Virus record (IMG/VR): IMGVR_UViG_3300036827_000091
Span: 577 to 64,576 of that record
Source of the DNA: a virus
Taxonomy: Duplodnaviria > Caudoviricetes
Length of the DNA: 64,000 nucleotides
Strand: one strand, 5' to 3'
Positions 36,856 through 47,005 of the stretch are shown here, one piece after another (the first letter of the stretch is position 1; each line of letters begins with the position of its first letter). Both the position numbers and the translations under genes were made by a program. A model generated the notes under the pieces. It had not been told where the DNA came from. It ran no database searches and worked only from the letters and a program-made list of their open reading frames with translations.

Positions 36856-37875
36856 TCACCGCGCCCAGGGCGGGGCGTCGGGGGCTCCGCCCATCCCCGG
36901 CTGCGGCTGGCCCTGGGGCGGTCCCTGCGGGGGCGGGCCTGCAGGGGCCTGGCCCTGGGCGGGCGCGCCGTTCTGACCCCACGGGGACTGTCCCGGGGCT
37001 CCCTGCGGGGCGAACTCGCCGCCCCCGCCCGGGTGGCCCTGGGGAGCGGCCTGAGCCTGCTGGGCAGCCTGCCACGGCTGCGGCGGGGTGGGGCCTACGG
37101 CCCCTGCAGGTCCCATCTGCTGTCCTGAAACTCCTCCGCCCCCAGGCTGGGGATAACCCTGTGGACCGCCGCCCGGCTGGTTGTACGGGCCGTAGGCAGG
37201 GCCGGGCTTATCGTAGGCGGGCTGCTGCTGAGCCTGCGCGGGGACGCCGCCGTGGCCGGGGCGGACCGGGCGCAGGTTTTTGATTTTCGCGCCGTAGTCG
37301 TCGTTGTACTGCTCGGCGCTGAACGGCTTGCCCACCATGGTCTGCGCGGCGGCGTGGCCGCCGCCCTGCTGGGCGAAAAACGGCACGGTGCCCGGCGGGT
37401 CGCCGTACTTCTCGCCCACCGGCACGCCGAGGATGGCCAGCTCGCGGAACAGGATGCCCATGCCCACGGTGTTCGGCGTCTGGTCGTTCTTGTACTCGCT
37501 GATCGCCATGTTGTGGCTGACCGTCTTGCCGGCGTGCGGGCCGTCGGTGAACTGGGCTTTCAGCTTCCAGCCCCACTTGGTGCCGTCGCTGAAATGCGCC
37601 CCGTACTCCGATTCGGTGACCACCATCGGGAACCGGCCTGCCGGCTCCAGCGGCATGCCGCCGCTGCGCACCTCGCCCTGCTCGTACATCTGCCCCCAGT
37701 TCGGCTCCCCGCCCATCTGGCCGTAGCCCTGCTGCGGGGACGGCCCGTAGCCTTGCGGGCCGTAACCGGGGGGCGCGCCGTACTGCCCGCCCTGTGGCTG
37801 CTGGGGCTGGCCGTAACCCTGCTGCGGTTGCTGGGGCTGGCCCCACGGGGACTGCTGCTGTCCGGGGTATCCCAT
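36856..37875 (-). CDS. DUF669-like ssDNA-binding protein with Q/P/G-rich termini
   Basis: Core G.F..VVT.SE...W.LK....GP.AGK; follows Sak4-like gene; ends PPWAR. Confidence 0.65.
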   Translation of the reverse strand: MGYPGQQQSPWGQPQQPQQGYGQPQQPQGGQYGAPPGYGPQGYGPSPQQGYGQMGGEPNWGQMYEQGEVRSGGMPLEPAGRFPMVVTESEYGAHFSDGTKWGWKLKAQFTDGPHAGKTVSHNMAISEYKNDQTPNTVGMGILFRELAILGVPVGEKYGDPPGTVPFFAQQGGGHAAAQTMVGKPFSAEQYNDDYGAKIKNLRPVRPGHGGVPAQAQQQPAYDKPGPAYGPYNQPGGGPQGYPQPGGGGVSGQQMGPAGAVGPTPPQPWQAAQQAQAAPQGHPGGGGEFAPQGAPGQSPWGQNGAPAQGQAPAGPPPQGPPQGQPQPGMGGAPDAPPWAR

Positions 37876-37890
37876 GACGATTTCCTTTCC

Positions 37891-38682
37891 CTATCCCTGC
37901 TGTGTTGAGATCACGTGCCGGACGGCCATGTCGAGCGTCCAGCCTTCCACCATCCCCGGGTAGCCGAGCTGCATATCCCAGGGCAGCCTGCCCCACAGCC
38001 GGTTCCCGGTCTCGAACTGCTTGCTGGGGCCGGTCCACATGTGGTGGGTGCCGTCTTCGGCGATCCACAGCCAGCCCTCGTAGTCCGGCGCGTACGGCAC
38101 CAGATCCTGTGACTGCCCGGCAAGCCAGGGCCGCCATTTGCCTGTCTTGTAATCCAGGTGGGTGCCGCACACGAACGTCACCGCGCCCACCGGGCGGGTC
38201 GGATGGGTGAGCAGCCCCTTGTAGTCGCTGACCAGCTTGGTGACGTGGCGGAGCAGCATGCCCCACTGGTCCCGCTCCATTTTCCGCAGGCCGGCCATGG
38301 ACAGCATCACCTGGTTGACCACCGAGCCCACCGAGTCCACGCTGACCGAGTTGAACGGGTGCTGCCCGCTGGCCAGGATCTGGTGCGTGCGGTGCAGCGT
38401 GTCCACGTCGTGCACCACCACGATGCAGGTGTCCCAGCTGCCGTCGGCGGCCGGCACGGTTTCCCGGGCCGGATTCCAGTAGATTTTTCTCGACGGCGTC
38501 CAGAACGCGGCCTGCTCCACGTCCAGCACCAGCACCGGCCTCGGCCCTGAGTCGGCCCAGCTGGATTTCCCGTGCTTCTGCGGCGCGTGCACCAGCCCGC
38601 ACAGCCCCTGCGCCAGGTGGCGCTGGCCCTGCTGGTAGTGCCCGTTCGGCGTTGCGCCGTACACGGTGGCGACTTGTGTCAC
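37891..38682 (-). CDS. AAA_24/Sak4-like recombination ATPase
   Basis: HAPQKHGKS, VLDVE, SVSVDS, QWG. Confidence 0.75.
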   Translation of the reverse strand: MTQVATVYGATPNGHYQQGQRHLAQGLCGLVHAPQKHGKSSWADSGPRPVLVLDVEQAAFWTPSRKIYWNPARETVPAADGSWDTCIVVVHDVDTLHRTHQILASGQHPFNSVSVDSVGSVVNQVMLSMAGLRKMERDQWGMLLRHVTKLVSDYKGLLTHPTRPVGAVTFVCGTHLDYKTGKWRPWLAGQSQDLVPYAPDYEGWLWIAEDGTHHMWTGPSKQFETGNRLWGRLPWDMQLGYPGMVEGWTLDMAVRHVISTQQG

Positions 38683-38700
38683 TGCCTCTCCCCTGTGCCT

Positions 38701-38710
38701 TGTACGTACA
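38701..38710. promoter_or_regulatory. TGTACGTACA box
   Basis: Palindrome in the 28-bp gap before the Sak4-like gene. Confidence 0.5.
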
Positions 38711-39724
38711 CTACCCGACGGGGGCCAGCTGCGCAGCTATCTCGCGTGCCCCCGGCCGGTCATAGTAGGAGTACGGGTCAGCCTGAACATATCGCCCGGT
38801 GCCGACAAGAGCGTCCATCCAGGCGGTGCCCGAGTCCATCAGCTGGCACAGCCCCTTGGAAAACGGGCAGGACCAGTCGCAGTCGCGCAGCATCTTGTTC
38901 GGCCGCAGCGCGGTCAGCTGGACGCGCTGCAGCGCCCGGGGGTCACCGCCAGCCTGGTCCAGGCGCTGCCGGGCGGCCAGGATCTCGGCCACCGTCGCCT
39001 GGGTGGTGGCCAGGTGGCTGGCCATCTGCTCCTGGTCGAACCGGAACTCGGCCTGGTCGTAGAACGGCGGCCTGGCGTTGGCGGTTCGTTTCACCCGGCG
39101 GGCGGTGCGGACAATCCCCCCGTTGACCAGCGGCACGTCGTCGCGCAGCTCCTGAGGGAAACCGATCTCGGGCACTGGCTGCCCGCTGGCCAGCCACTGG
39201 ATCAGGCTGTACCGCAGCATCTGCTGGTCCATGGCCAGCAGGTCGTGCCGCTTGAAATCGCCGGTCTTGTGGTCCAGGAACGACAGCAGGCCGGTCTCGG
39301 TGTTGCGGACTACCATGTCCATTTTGGCGCGCAAATCCACGATGCCCTCGAAGCCGGGCAGCGGCACCCGCACCTCTTGCTCCACCGTGACCACTTCCAG
39401 GTTGGCGTCTTTGCCTTCGGCGGCCACCCATTCCGGGTAGCCGTCGGCCATGATCCTGGCCATGTCCCAGTCTTTGCGCAGCTCAGGCTCGTAGTCGGGG
39501 TAGGCGGCGATGTCAGCGGCGTACAGGTGGTCAAGCACCCTGTTCAAGTCCAGGCCCAGCCCGTAGAAGCATTCCATGGCGGTGTGCCAGCGGATGCCGA
39601 AATTAGCGGTGCCCGTGGGGCTGGGGTCGGCGGGCTGGATGCCCAGGTAATACTTCAGGTACCCCTGCCGGTGGCAGCGCTCGAACACGCTGGTCTCAGT
39701 GGAGCTGATGCCTGTCGGTGCCAT
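38711..39724 (-). CDS. PD-(D/E)xK Cas4/RecB-like exonuclease
   Basis: F.RC.R..YL.Y, G..WH, KMD, DHKT, Q...Y, C.W.CPF..LC. Confidence 0.85.
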   Translation of the reverse strand: MAPTGISSTETSVFERCHRQGYLKYYLGIQPADPSPTGTANFGIRWHTAMECFYGLGLDLNRVLDHLYAADIAAYPDYEPELRKDWDMARIMADGYPEWVAAEGKDANLEVVTVEQEVRVPLPGFEGIVDLRAKMDMVVRNTETGLLSFLDHKTGDFKRHDLLAMDQQMLRYSLIQWLASGQPVPEIGFPQELRDDVPLVNGGIVRTARRVKRTANARPPFYDQAEFRFDQEQMASHLATTQATVAEILAARQRLDQAGGDPRALQRVQLTALRPNKMLRDCDWSCPFSKGLCQLMDSGTAWMDALVGTGRYVQADPYSYYDRPGAREIAAQLAPVG

Positions 39725-41585
39725 CGCCTGTGCCTTCTTCCATGATCTGGCCGGGCTCGATGCCCATGATCTGCCTCAGCAGCCCGGCGTCCCGCACGAT
39801 CTGCTGGTGCTGTTCTTCCTTGCTGGTGCCCAGCTCGTACAGCCCGATGTCCACGGTGCCCGGGGACAAGCACCACACCTGGCGGAACTCCCTGGCCTGC
39901 CCCCACCGGTCCCCGCGGCCGGTCATCTGCTCCCGGTAGGCGAACGACGGGCTGGGCTGCAACCAGAACACCCCGGCCGCCGCCTGCAGGTCGATCGCCT
40001 CGTTGCCGGCGCTGTTGACGAAAATGATCCGGTGCTCGCCCCGCTGGAACGCCTGCTGGGCGGCGTCTTTGGCAGCGTACGACATGCCGCCGACAATCGC
40101 CGTCCAGCTGATTTTGGCCGCTTTCAGCCGCGCCGACGCCAGGTCCAGCATGGCCGGGCTGTTCACCGCGATGATCCACTGGTCCGGCTCGGTGTCAAGG
40201 AAGTCGAGCAGGTCGCTGATCTTGTTGCTGGGCAGGACCAGCTTGGTGCTCCACGAGGTGAAGCCCGCGGTGTTTTCCCCTTCGGACACGTCCACCATGG
40301 CGCTGGCCAGCTGGCACAGCCGGGCGAACTGCACCGCGGAATTGTCCGGCACCATGTCCGGCTTGCCCTCATCGAACTCCAGCAGCCCCTGTTTGCGCAC
40401 CGCCCGGTAGGCCCGGTCTTGCGCGGGGGTGAGCGGCGGGAACCGGAACTCGGGCTCGGCCAGGCCCGGCTGCCCGGCGCGGGCGATCGCCTTGGGGATG
40501 CGGCGGAACATCGGGTCCACGATGACGTGGAAAGCGTCGGCGGTGTCCGGGCGCAGCCCGAGGATGACGCTGCCTTTGCCGGCGAACGCATAGTCCTGCT
40601 GGGCCATCAGGTCGTTCCACCGGCCCCGGCCGGGGAACCCCCGCGGGCTGAGCCCGTGCTTCACCGGCCACAGCGTGCCCACGTCCTGGGTGGACAGGGT
40701 GCCGGTGAGCGCGAACACGTTTTCGGCCCGGTGCATCAGGTGCCAGACAGCGCGGGTCTGCTTGGACTTGGGGTCGGCCATCCGGTGGCATTCGTCGGCG
40801 ATCACCAGGCCCAGCCTGATGTCGTTCAAGTCTTTCGGGTGCACCTCGCACCGGCCGGGAGTGATTTTGTCGTCCTGGCCGCCATGGCTGGCGCACCGCA
40901 CGAATGCCTGCCCCGGGTAAGCGGCCAGCCTGGTGTGGTACCGGACGTTCTGCCAGCAGATGATCCCGGCGTCGGCTTCGCCGCCGGCCAGCTGCCCGAT
41001 CGCCTTGGCCCGCGCCCCGGCGGCCCCGCCGATGATCACCGTGCGCAGCTCCGGTGCCCATCGGCGCAGCTTCCGCGCCCATTCGACCGGCGCGCTGTCC
41101 GGGCAGACGATCAGCGCGGGCAGCACGTCGCCGCCGATCAGCTGCATGGCCCGGATCGCCGGGGGGGTTTTGCCGGACCCGCGGTCGCTGCCCAGGATCA
41201 CCCGCCGCCAGCGGGCCAGCCATTCGGCGTCGGCGCGCTGCGGCCCGGACAGGAACCCGTCAGCTTGCCCTTCCTCGATCTCGTCAAGCAGCATGCCAGC
41301 CTCCGGGCTGGCGTCCAGCGCCTGGCGCATGCGCAGCCGCTCCTGGATTTCCTTCCACTGCCCCGCGGCCCAGTTCTCCAGCTCCGGGTAGACGGCAAGC
41401 GGCTGAGACTGCCAGACGGTCATCATGCAGGCGTACGTGGGCCAGGTCAGCGGCAGCCGCCACAGCTGGTCTTTGCCGATGTTGCACCCGGGGATCTGCC
41501 GGGCCAGCACGTGCTCGGCCTTGCTGCACCCGATGGCGATCACCGGGGGGTCGATGCCTGGCTCGATCTCTGCCCATGCGGTCAT
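39696..41585 (-). CDS. SNF2/DEAD-like helicase
   Basis: GSGKT, IADECHR, LTGT, EAIDLQ, Q..GR.DRWGQ. Confidence 0.88.
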   Translation of the reverse strand: MTAWAEIEPGIDPPVIAIGCSKAEHVLARQIPGCNIGKDQLWRLPLTWPTYACMMTVWQSQPLAVYPELENWAAGQWKEIQERLRMRQALDASPEAGMLLDEIEEGQADGFLSGPQRADAEWLARWRRVILGSDRGSGKTPPAIRAMQLIGGDVLPALIVCPDSAPVEWARKLRRWAPELRTVIIGGAAGARAKAIGQLAGGEADAGIICWQNVRYHTRLAAYPGQAFVRCASHGGQDDKITPGRCEVHPKDLNDIRLGLVIADECHRMADPKSKQTRAVWHLMHRAENVFALTGTLSTQDVGTLWPVKHGLSPRGFPGRGRWNDLMAQQDYAFAGKGSVILGLRPDTADAFHVIVDPMFRRIPKAIARAGQPGLAEPEFRFPPLTPAQDRAYRAVRKQGLLEFDEGKPDMVPDNSAVQFARLCQLASAMVDVSEGENTAGFTSWSTKLVLPSNKISDLLDFLDTEPDQWIIAVNSPAMLDLASARLKAAKISWTAIVGGMSYAAKDAAQQAFQRGEHRIIFVNSAGNEAIDLQAAAGVFWLQPSPSFAYREQMTGRGDRWGQAREFRQVWCLSPGTVDIGLYELGTSKEEQHQQIVRDAGLLRQIMGIEPGQIMEEGTGDGTDRHQLH

Positions 41586-42067
41586 GTCTTCTGCCTCCTG
41601 CCTGCTGCCAATGTAGCCACCGCCTCGGACACTCTGCCCGTCACCCCGGGCGGCATCTGCCCGGACCGCAGCAGCCACCGGTACATGTGGCAGGCGGCGG
41701 ACTGGGCGTCATCCTTGCCTCTCACCCACCAGCCGGCCGCCTGCAGCCATTCCCGCTCGTGCGGCTTCGGGGTGTGCCGTGGGGCCTCAGGAAGCACCAG
41801 GCAGCCATGCTTGCCCGCCAGGTACCGGGCAGCTCCGATCGGCTCGATCGCGTCCCGTGCGTTGGTCTGCGGCTCGCGGCGGGTCACCTGGTAGGTTTCC
41901 CAGCCGATAGCCAGCGTGTTCTGGTACCGGTGGCAGGTGTCTTCGATCCGGGCGCACGCGGTCTGGAAGTCGTGCTCGTCACACCAGAACGCCCGGCCGG
42001 TGTCATACAACCAGGCCAGGCCGGTCATCCCGCCCGGGTCGATCCACAGCACGCATGGCGGCAGCAT
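41582..42067 (-). CDS. RuvC-like resolvase/nuclease
   Basis: WIDPGGMTGLA, GWETY, DD...AA.H. Confidence 0.7.
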   Translation of the reverse strand: MLPPCVLWIDPGGMTGLAWLYDTGRAFWCDEHDFQTACARIEDTCHRYQNTLAIGWETYQVTRREPQTNARDAIEPIGAARYLAGKHGCLVLPEAPRHTPKPHEREWLQAAGWWVRGKDDAQSAACHMYRWLLRSGQMPPGVTGRVSEAVATLAAGRRQKT

Positions 42068-42825
42068 CAGACGAACAGGTCTAGTCGGTTTGCCCTCTTA
42101 TTCCTGTTGTACCGGGCGATCATCGCGTTGGCGTACTTGTTCCGCCTCGACTGCTTGATAGCCTGCGCCTCGGCCTCCCGGCGAAGGGTTTCCGGGTCTA
42201 TCTCACGCAGGACTTTGATCAGCCGTTGGTAATCAAGATCCCTCTTGCGGAGAAGCAGGCCCAGCCCGGCTACGATGCGCGCATGAGCGCCCTGTGGGTT
42301 GGTTCCCCAGGCGTGGGTGATCGTCTCGATCACCTGCTTTGCCACGTCCAGGCCATTTTCTCCCTGCATGGCAACGATCCGAAGCGTGGCGACCGCGGCG
42401 AATGTGTTCTGCCCCCCGGACTTGGCGATCCGCCAGCCGTGGTGCTCTAGGGCCTGAGCCAGCGCCAGGTGCGGCTGCCGTTCCGCCTTGACGCACTGAA
42501 GGAACAAGGTGATGGGCTGCTTCGCCTTGTGGGTGTTGAGAGCGACGAACAAGTCGGATTCTTCTGCGAAGGTAAGCCCGGTGTGGACATCCGCCCAGAC
42601 GCCGTCCTCGCCACAAGCGCGCCGCACGGCTATCTGGTGCTGGCCGTCCACGATGTGATACAGGTCGGTGCCACGCACAGACAGGTGCGGAACCTGCGCC
42701 TTGTCTTCGTCCCAGATTTTGAGCAGTGTTTTGACCCAGTTCTCATCCAGCGGGCACTGGTGCTCTATGTCAACGAAAGTCTGGTCGAGCCGCACCCACC
42801 TGTGTTCCTTCTTCTTCTCCATCAC
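42067..42825 (-). CDS. ParB/Srx-like N-terminal domain protein (DUF6551-like)
   Basis: YHIVDGQH, GLT..EE..LF..LN; lower GC. Confidence 0.7.
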   Translation of the reverse strand: MMEKKKEHRWVRLDQTFVDIEHQCPLDENWVKTLLKIWDEDKAQVPHLSVRGTDLYHIVDGQHQIAVRRACGEDGVWADVHTGLTFAEESDLFVALNTHKAKQPITLFLQCVKAERQPHLALAQALEHHGWRIAKSGGQNTFAAVATLRIVAMQGENGLDVAKQVIETITHAWGTNPQGAHARIVAGLGLLLRKRDLDYQRLIKVLREIDPETLRREAEAQAIKQSRRNKYANAMIARYNRNKRANRLDLFV

Positions 42826-43547
42826 TCGTTCATCTCCCTTGCCGTGATGAATCTGCTGATCATGGTTCTTGCTTGCTTCATGTCTTTCAGGACCGCAGCC
42901 CGCTCCTCCGCTGGCATGTCGGCGGGGAAACTGCCTGCCTGCTCCAGCTGGGCCGCGTTGACCCGCACAGCGGCCACCATGTTGAGCATGCTGCTGCGCT
43001 CACGGGACGGCCGGGCGGCTGGCTGTCGGAACACCGGGGCGCTGACCGCCTCGGGCGGAGCTGCGCTTGCGGCAGGCTGGCTAGGCGGGGCCTGCTGGGA
43101 GCGCAGCCACTCCTGGGCTGCTTTCACCGCCGTGCCCTGGGTGACCGGCTTGCCCTGCTCCCGCGCCGCTGCCTTGATCTTCTCGTACCGGTCTTCAGGC
43201 AGCCGGGCGATGAGCTGCCAGCGTTCCGCAATTCCTGGTGTGCTGCTGTCTTTTCGCTGGTTGAATCCTGCTTCACTGAGTGCGGTTTGCAACGGAGTAC
43301 TTCGTCCCTCTGTGGTCCGAACTCCGCGTTGCGGAAGCAGTGAAAGCAGGTACTTCCCCGCCGCTCGCTCAGCGTCCAGCTTGACATCAGCCCACTCGAT
43401 CAGCTCCTCCACTGGCATCCGTAGTCGTTTAATCGCCTCCAGGCCGACCGCTGAGCCATCGATCACCTGCTTGATCTCGGGCAGAGTCTGCGCACGGGCC
43501 AGGGCGGCCCTGGCGACAGATGGCACTGCCAGATCGGTGCTAGTCAT
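42822..43547 (-). CDS. Hypothetical protein
   Basis: AERAAGKYL...RWQLIA..PE; lower GC; SD GAGG. Confidence 0.6.
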   Translation of the reverse strand: MTSTDLAVPSVARAALARAQTLPEIKQVIDGSAVGLEAIKRLRMPVEELIEWADVKLDAERAAGKYLLSLLPQRGVRTTEGRSTPLQTALSEAGFNQRKDSSTPGIAERWQLIARLPEDRYEKIKAAAREQGKPVTQGTAVKAAQEWLRSQQAPPSQPAASAAPPEAVSAPVFRQPAARPSRERSSMLNMVAAVRVNAAQLEQAGSFPADMPAEERAAVLKDMKQARTMISRFITAREMNE

Positions 43548-43596
43548 TGATCATTTCCTCTCGTTTACCAAACCACCGTCAACTCGTCGTGGGAGA

Positions 43597-45390
43597 TCAC
43601 GTTTTCACCCACCGCTCAGGAAGGATCTCGCCGCTCCAGGTCAAAGGCACCGGGAAGTTGTCGCGGTCGGTGAGGATCTGGGTCCAGTGCCGCTTGATGT
43701 CCTCAGCGTGCTCCCGGGGCACCTCGCCCAGCAGCTCGTCGTGGATGGTCAGGCGCAGCATGTCTTCGTAGCCGGCGGCGGCCACCGCCACCGCGCCGTG
43801 TTTCAAGATTTCCGCGGCGCTGCCCTGAATCCTGTAGTCGATGGCGCTGTAGGCGCGGTGCCGGTCCACCACCAGCTCGCGTCCGGTGATCGTTTTCACC
43901 CGCGGCTGGCCTTTCATCCGCTTCATCCGCTCCACCAGGCGGCGCGAGTCTTTGGCCAGCACCGGGTACATGGTTTTGAAGCCCTGGTAGATGGGCTCCA
44001 GCTGGTCCACGGACACCCCGGCGGTGACCGCGGCGGTGTCCATCCCGCTGCCGTAGATGGTGGCGTACACCGTGTTTTTGGTCATGGTGTAACGCGGGTC
44101 TTTCTTAGCGATCTTCTCACCGTAGATCCGGCCGGCCATGTTGAGGAAAAACGACTGGCCGGTGCGGTCGCACTCGTTGAAATCGGCGATCATCTTCGGG
44201 TCGCCGCTGGTGATCGCGCACAGCCGGGCCTCGATCTGGTCGGCGTCGATGGTGATGAACACCATGCCGTCCCGTGGCCGGAAGCTGCCGCGCACGATCG
44301 GGATGTCCCGGTCAAACGTCTGCATCGGCGGGTCGGTGACGCTGTTGCGACCGGTGCGCTGCGCCCCGGTGCTATGAATCGAATAGTGCACGATTCCGTC
44401 AACAGCCATGGCCAGGAACTTGGCCAGGTACCGGTTCTGGATGCCGTCAGCTTTTTTGACAAACCTGAGCGCGTCCAGCAGCGGTTTCGCCTCCGGGTGC
44501 CGGGCGGCGTACCAGTCCATGGCCGCCTTGTCCACCTGCGGCATCCCGGTTCCGGTGCGCGGGCCGATTTCGATGCCCGCCTTTTCCAGGGCAGCGCCCA
44601 CCGAGCCGTTGCCCATGTTGGCAACCCCCCACTGGTCCCGCAGCCAGCGCTGCGCGCCCGCCTCCCATTCGGCGATCAGCGACTGCCAGCGCTTGATGTA
44701 CGGGATGTCGATCATCATCCCGGCGGACATCATTTTCGCGCACAGCCGGGCATAGGACATCTCCAGGTCGTAGGAGCGCGGCCAGCGCGACCGCGCTGCC
44801 GGCAGGTGCTTGCCCAGTAGGTGGCTGGTGAGCACCGGGTCCAGCGCCGCGTAAATCCAGTATTCGGGCAGGGTGCCGGGCACCGTGGCCCAGGTCCAGT
44901 GGCCGGCGCGCATCGCCTCGGACAGCGCCTTCTCCCCGGCCATGGCCGCCGGGTCGATGTCCCTGGCGCAGCGCGGCTTCAGCTTGCCCACTGCGGCGGA
45001 GTCGGCCAGGTGACACACCAGCTGGGCGTCGTCGGCCTGAGCCCAGTTCAGCCTCACCCCGGACTGGTGCTCAAACACCCGCATGTCGTACGGGCTGTTG
45101 AACATGCCCACCCGCCCGCGGTAACCAGCCAGCAGCTCATGCGCCGCGCCCATCCACTCCGGGGGGAACGCCCATCCCCGGCTGCCGTCGCCCAGCTGGG
45201 TCATGCGGTGAGCGTCCCGGTGGCAGTTCAGCCCCGCCGACTCGGTGTCGGCGCACAGCTGGCCGTTCAGCTGGCCGCTCAGCCAGCGCCGGCAGTCATC
45301 CAGCGCGGCCAGGCTGGTCACATGGCGCAGCACTGCCCCGTCCAGCGCGCCGCCACGGGCCGGCATCACATAGGTGTCAGACGACGTCAT
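43597..45390 (-). CDS. polA: DNA polymerase family A with 3'-5' exonuclease
   Basis: DTE..GL, TGR.S...P..Q, D..QIE.R, K...Y..IYG, IQGSAAE, IHDEL. Confidence 0.95.
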   Translation of the reverse strand: MTSSDTYVMPARGGALDGAVLRHVTSLAALDDCRRWLSGQLNGQLCADTESAGLNCHRDAHRMTQLGDGSRGWAFPPEWMGAAHELLAGYRGRVGMFNSPYDMRVFEHQSGVRLNWAQADDAQLVCHLADSAAVGKLKPRCARDIDPAAMAGEKALSEAMRAGHWTWATVPGTLPEYWIYAALDPVLTSHLLGKHLPAARSRWPRSYDLEMSYARLCAKMMSAGMMIDIPYIKRWQSLIAEWEAGAQRWLRDQWGVANMGNGSVGAALEKAGIEIGPRTGTGMPQVDKAAMDWYAARHPEAKPLLDALRFVKKADGIQNRYLAKFLAMAVDGIVHYSIHSTGAQRTGRNSVTDPPMQTFDRDIPIVRGSFRPRDGMVFITIDADQIEARLCAITSGDPKMIADFNECDRTGQSFFLNMAGRIYGEKIAKKDPRYTMTKNTVYATIYGSGMDTAAVTAGVSVDQLEPIYQGFKTMYPVLAKDSRRLVERMKRMKGQPRVKTITGRELVVDRHRAYSAIDYRIQGSAAEILKHGAVAVAAAGYEDMLRLTIHDELLGEVPREHAEDIKRHWTQILTDRDNFPVPLTWSGEILPERWVKT

Positions 45391-45607
45391 GGCCGCAGGC
45401 CCCCATTCTGCAGTCGGCCACCATGGCCGCGTTCTGCTCGTGCCAGGCCAGGATCGCTTCCACGTCGGACAGCTCAGGCTCGCGCTCGGGCCGCATGCGC
45501 CGGGCGCGGTGCACTCGCTCGATGGCCCCGGTGATCGGCTCCCGGTAGTCGGCCACCACCTCGCGCCCGCGCAGATGCACGCGCAGATGCCAGCGCCCCG
45601 TGCTCAC
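45377..45607 (-). CDS. Hypothetical protein
   Basis: GTGA overlap. Confidence 0.45.
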   Translation of the reverse strand: MSTGRWHLRVHLRGREVVADYREPITGAIERVHRARRMRPEREPELSDVEAILAWHEQNAAMVADCRMGACGHDVV

Positions 45608-45834
45608 TGCGCCATCGCCTCGTTCAGCAGCTGCTGCGCGTAGCCGGGGTCTTTCACCAGGCATCCGTTGAGTGTGGCTGACTGGCCGTTGCACACCTCG
45701 GCCACCGGCTCGAACCATTCGTCGGCAAGCACCTGGTAGTAGAAGGCAAACAGCACGTGCCCGTCGGCAACGTCAGCCTCGGCGACCGATACCGACCCGC
45801 CGGTGATGGGCCTGCGGTCCCATTGGAGTGTCAT
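45604..45834 (-). CDS. Hypothetical protein
   Basis: ATGA overlap, SD GGAG. Confidence 0.5.
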   Translation of the reverse strand: MTLQWDRRPITGGSVSVAEADVADGHVLFAFYYQVLADEWFEPVAEVCNGQSATLNGCLVKDPGYAQQLLNEAMAQ

Positions 45835-46037
45835 TCTGGCAGCACTCCCCCCTGGCTGCCTTGCTTGTCCGTCGGGGGCCACCAGCTCCAGGTCCAGTGA
45901 TAGGACCCGTCGGCGAGCAGCCTGGCCCTGACGGTGTACTCCCCGGGACGGCTGCCGCCCAGTTCCCGCACTGCCCGCAGCAGCTCCTGAGCGGCAGTCT
46001 CCGCCACTTTCATCTGGTCAATCCTGATGTCACCCAT
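45831..46037 (-). CDS. Hypothetical protein
   Basis: TGATG coupling. Confidence 0.5.
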   Translation of the reverse strand: MGDIRIDQMKVAETAAQELLRAVRELGGSRPGEYTVRARLLADGSYHWTWSWWPPTDKQGSQGGVLPE

Positions 46038-46435
46038 CAGCCATCACGTTCCTCGCTTGCCATGAAAGCCACCACCAGCACCATCAGCCGCCAGCGGCGC
46101 TTGCGGTCCCGGGGCAGGGTTTCCCAGTCGTGCCCGGGGTCCGGGCGCAGCGCGTACAGCTGGGGCAGGTCTTTGCCCTGCCGGATCTGCTCCACCAGCA
46201 TGATCATCAGGGCTTTCCGGCTGGGATGGCATATCTGCCATGACGGCGCAGGCTGGCTGCCCTCGGCGATGTCCAGCCCGGTCAGGGCCTGGTGCGCCAC
46301 GCAGGCGATCTGCGGATCAGTGAAATAACGGTTCCCGCCTGGAGCGCTCAAAGTCCCCATCCATGGTGGCTGTCCTGCGCGGGGAACCGGGGCAGCCTGC
46401 TTCTGCCCCATGGTCGCTGGTTTCATGTCGCTCAT
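46037..46435 (-). CDS. Hypothetical protein
   Basis: IA.VAH...W...W..LP..K pattern. Confidence 0.55.
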   Translation of the reverse strand: MSDMKPATMGQKQAAPVPRAGQPPWMGTLSAPGGNRYFTDPQIACVAHQALTGLDIAEGSQPAPSWQICHPSRKALMIMLVEQIRQGKDLPQLYALRPDPGHDWETLPRDRKRRWRLMVLVVAFMASEERDG

Positions 46436-46468
46436 GCCTGCCTGCCTATGCCTGTGCTGGGTGTGACG

Positions 46469-47005
46469 TTACCCGATTTTCACCACCCGGTTGCATGCTT
46501 CCCAGAAGTCGTCGTCGTTTGCCTGCAGCTGCTCGATCAGGCTGCGCACCGGGGCCGACACGCTGCCGTCGGCCCGCTTCATGCCCCGCAGGTGGCTCAA
46601 CAGGTCCACAGCGGTTCGCAGCTGAAACACCTCCGACCATGGGAACTCGAACCTGATCTCCTCGTCATCGTCCAGGTCTCCAGGAGGGGGAGGGTCGCAC
46701 TGCAGGCACGGGAAAGCGTCGTCGGGCAGGTCTTCCCTGTCCGCGGGGCTGCCCATTTGCACGCCACGGGAGGTACGGCAGTGACTGCCCGCGGAGTGGT
46801 ACACGACGCTCAGCGACTCAACGATCAGCACGTACCTGCCGTTGCGCAGCTTCACCACCCGGTTGCGGCCCCAGCGCTCCCGTTCCGGCCCGCGGCCGGA
46901 CGCGCCGCGGCGGGTGGACACATCGCCGATCAGGTACCCAACCACTTCCACAGTGCCGTTGGCCTGGTCCTGCGTGGTCACTGTCTGCAGCGTGTCGCTG
47001 TCCAT
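46469..47005 (-). CDS. Hypothetical protein, first gene of leftward operon
   Basis: SD GGAGG; RW...G.Y...S.VYH...C..CxxC. Confidence 0.7.
   Translation of the reverse strand: MDSDTLQTVTTQDQANGTVEVVGYLIGDVSTRRGASGRGPERERWGRNRVVKLRNGRYVLIVESLSVVYHSAGSHCRTSRGVQMGSPADREDLPDDAFPCLQCDPPPPGDLDDDEEIRFEFPWSEVFQLRTAVDLLSHLRGMKRADGSVSAPVRSLIEQLQANDDDFWEACNRVVKIG

Noticed and set aside
38711-39724. Cas4-like gene as a CRISPR system
   Set aside because: Sits with Sak4-like and SSB-like genes as a normal phage recombination module; no array
42469-44820. Long antisense ORFs (783 aa here; also 39699-41894, 12153-14120, 60285-62117, 6186-7892)
   Set aside because: Shadow frames of real genes in high-GC DNA; no motifs or SD
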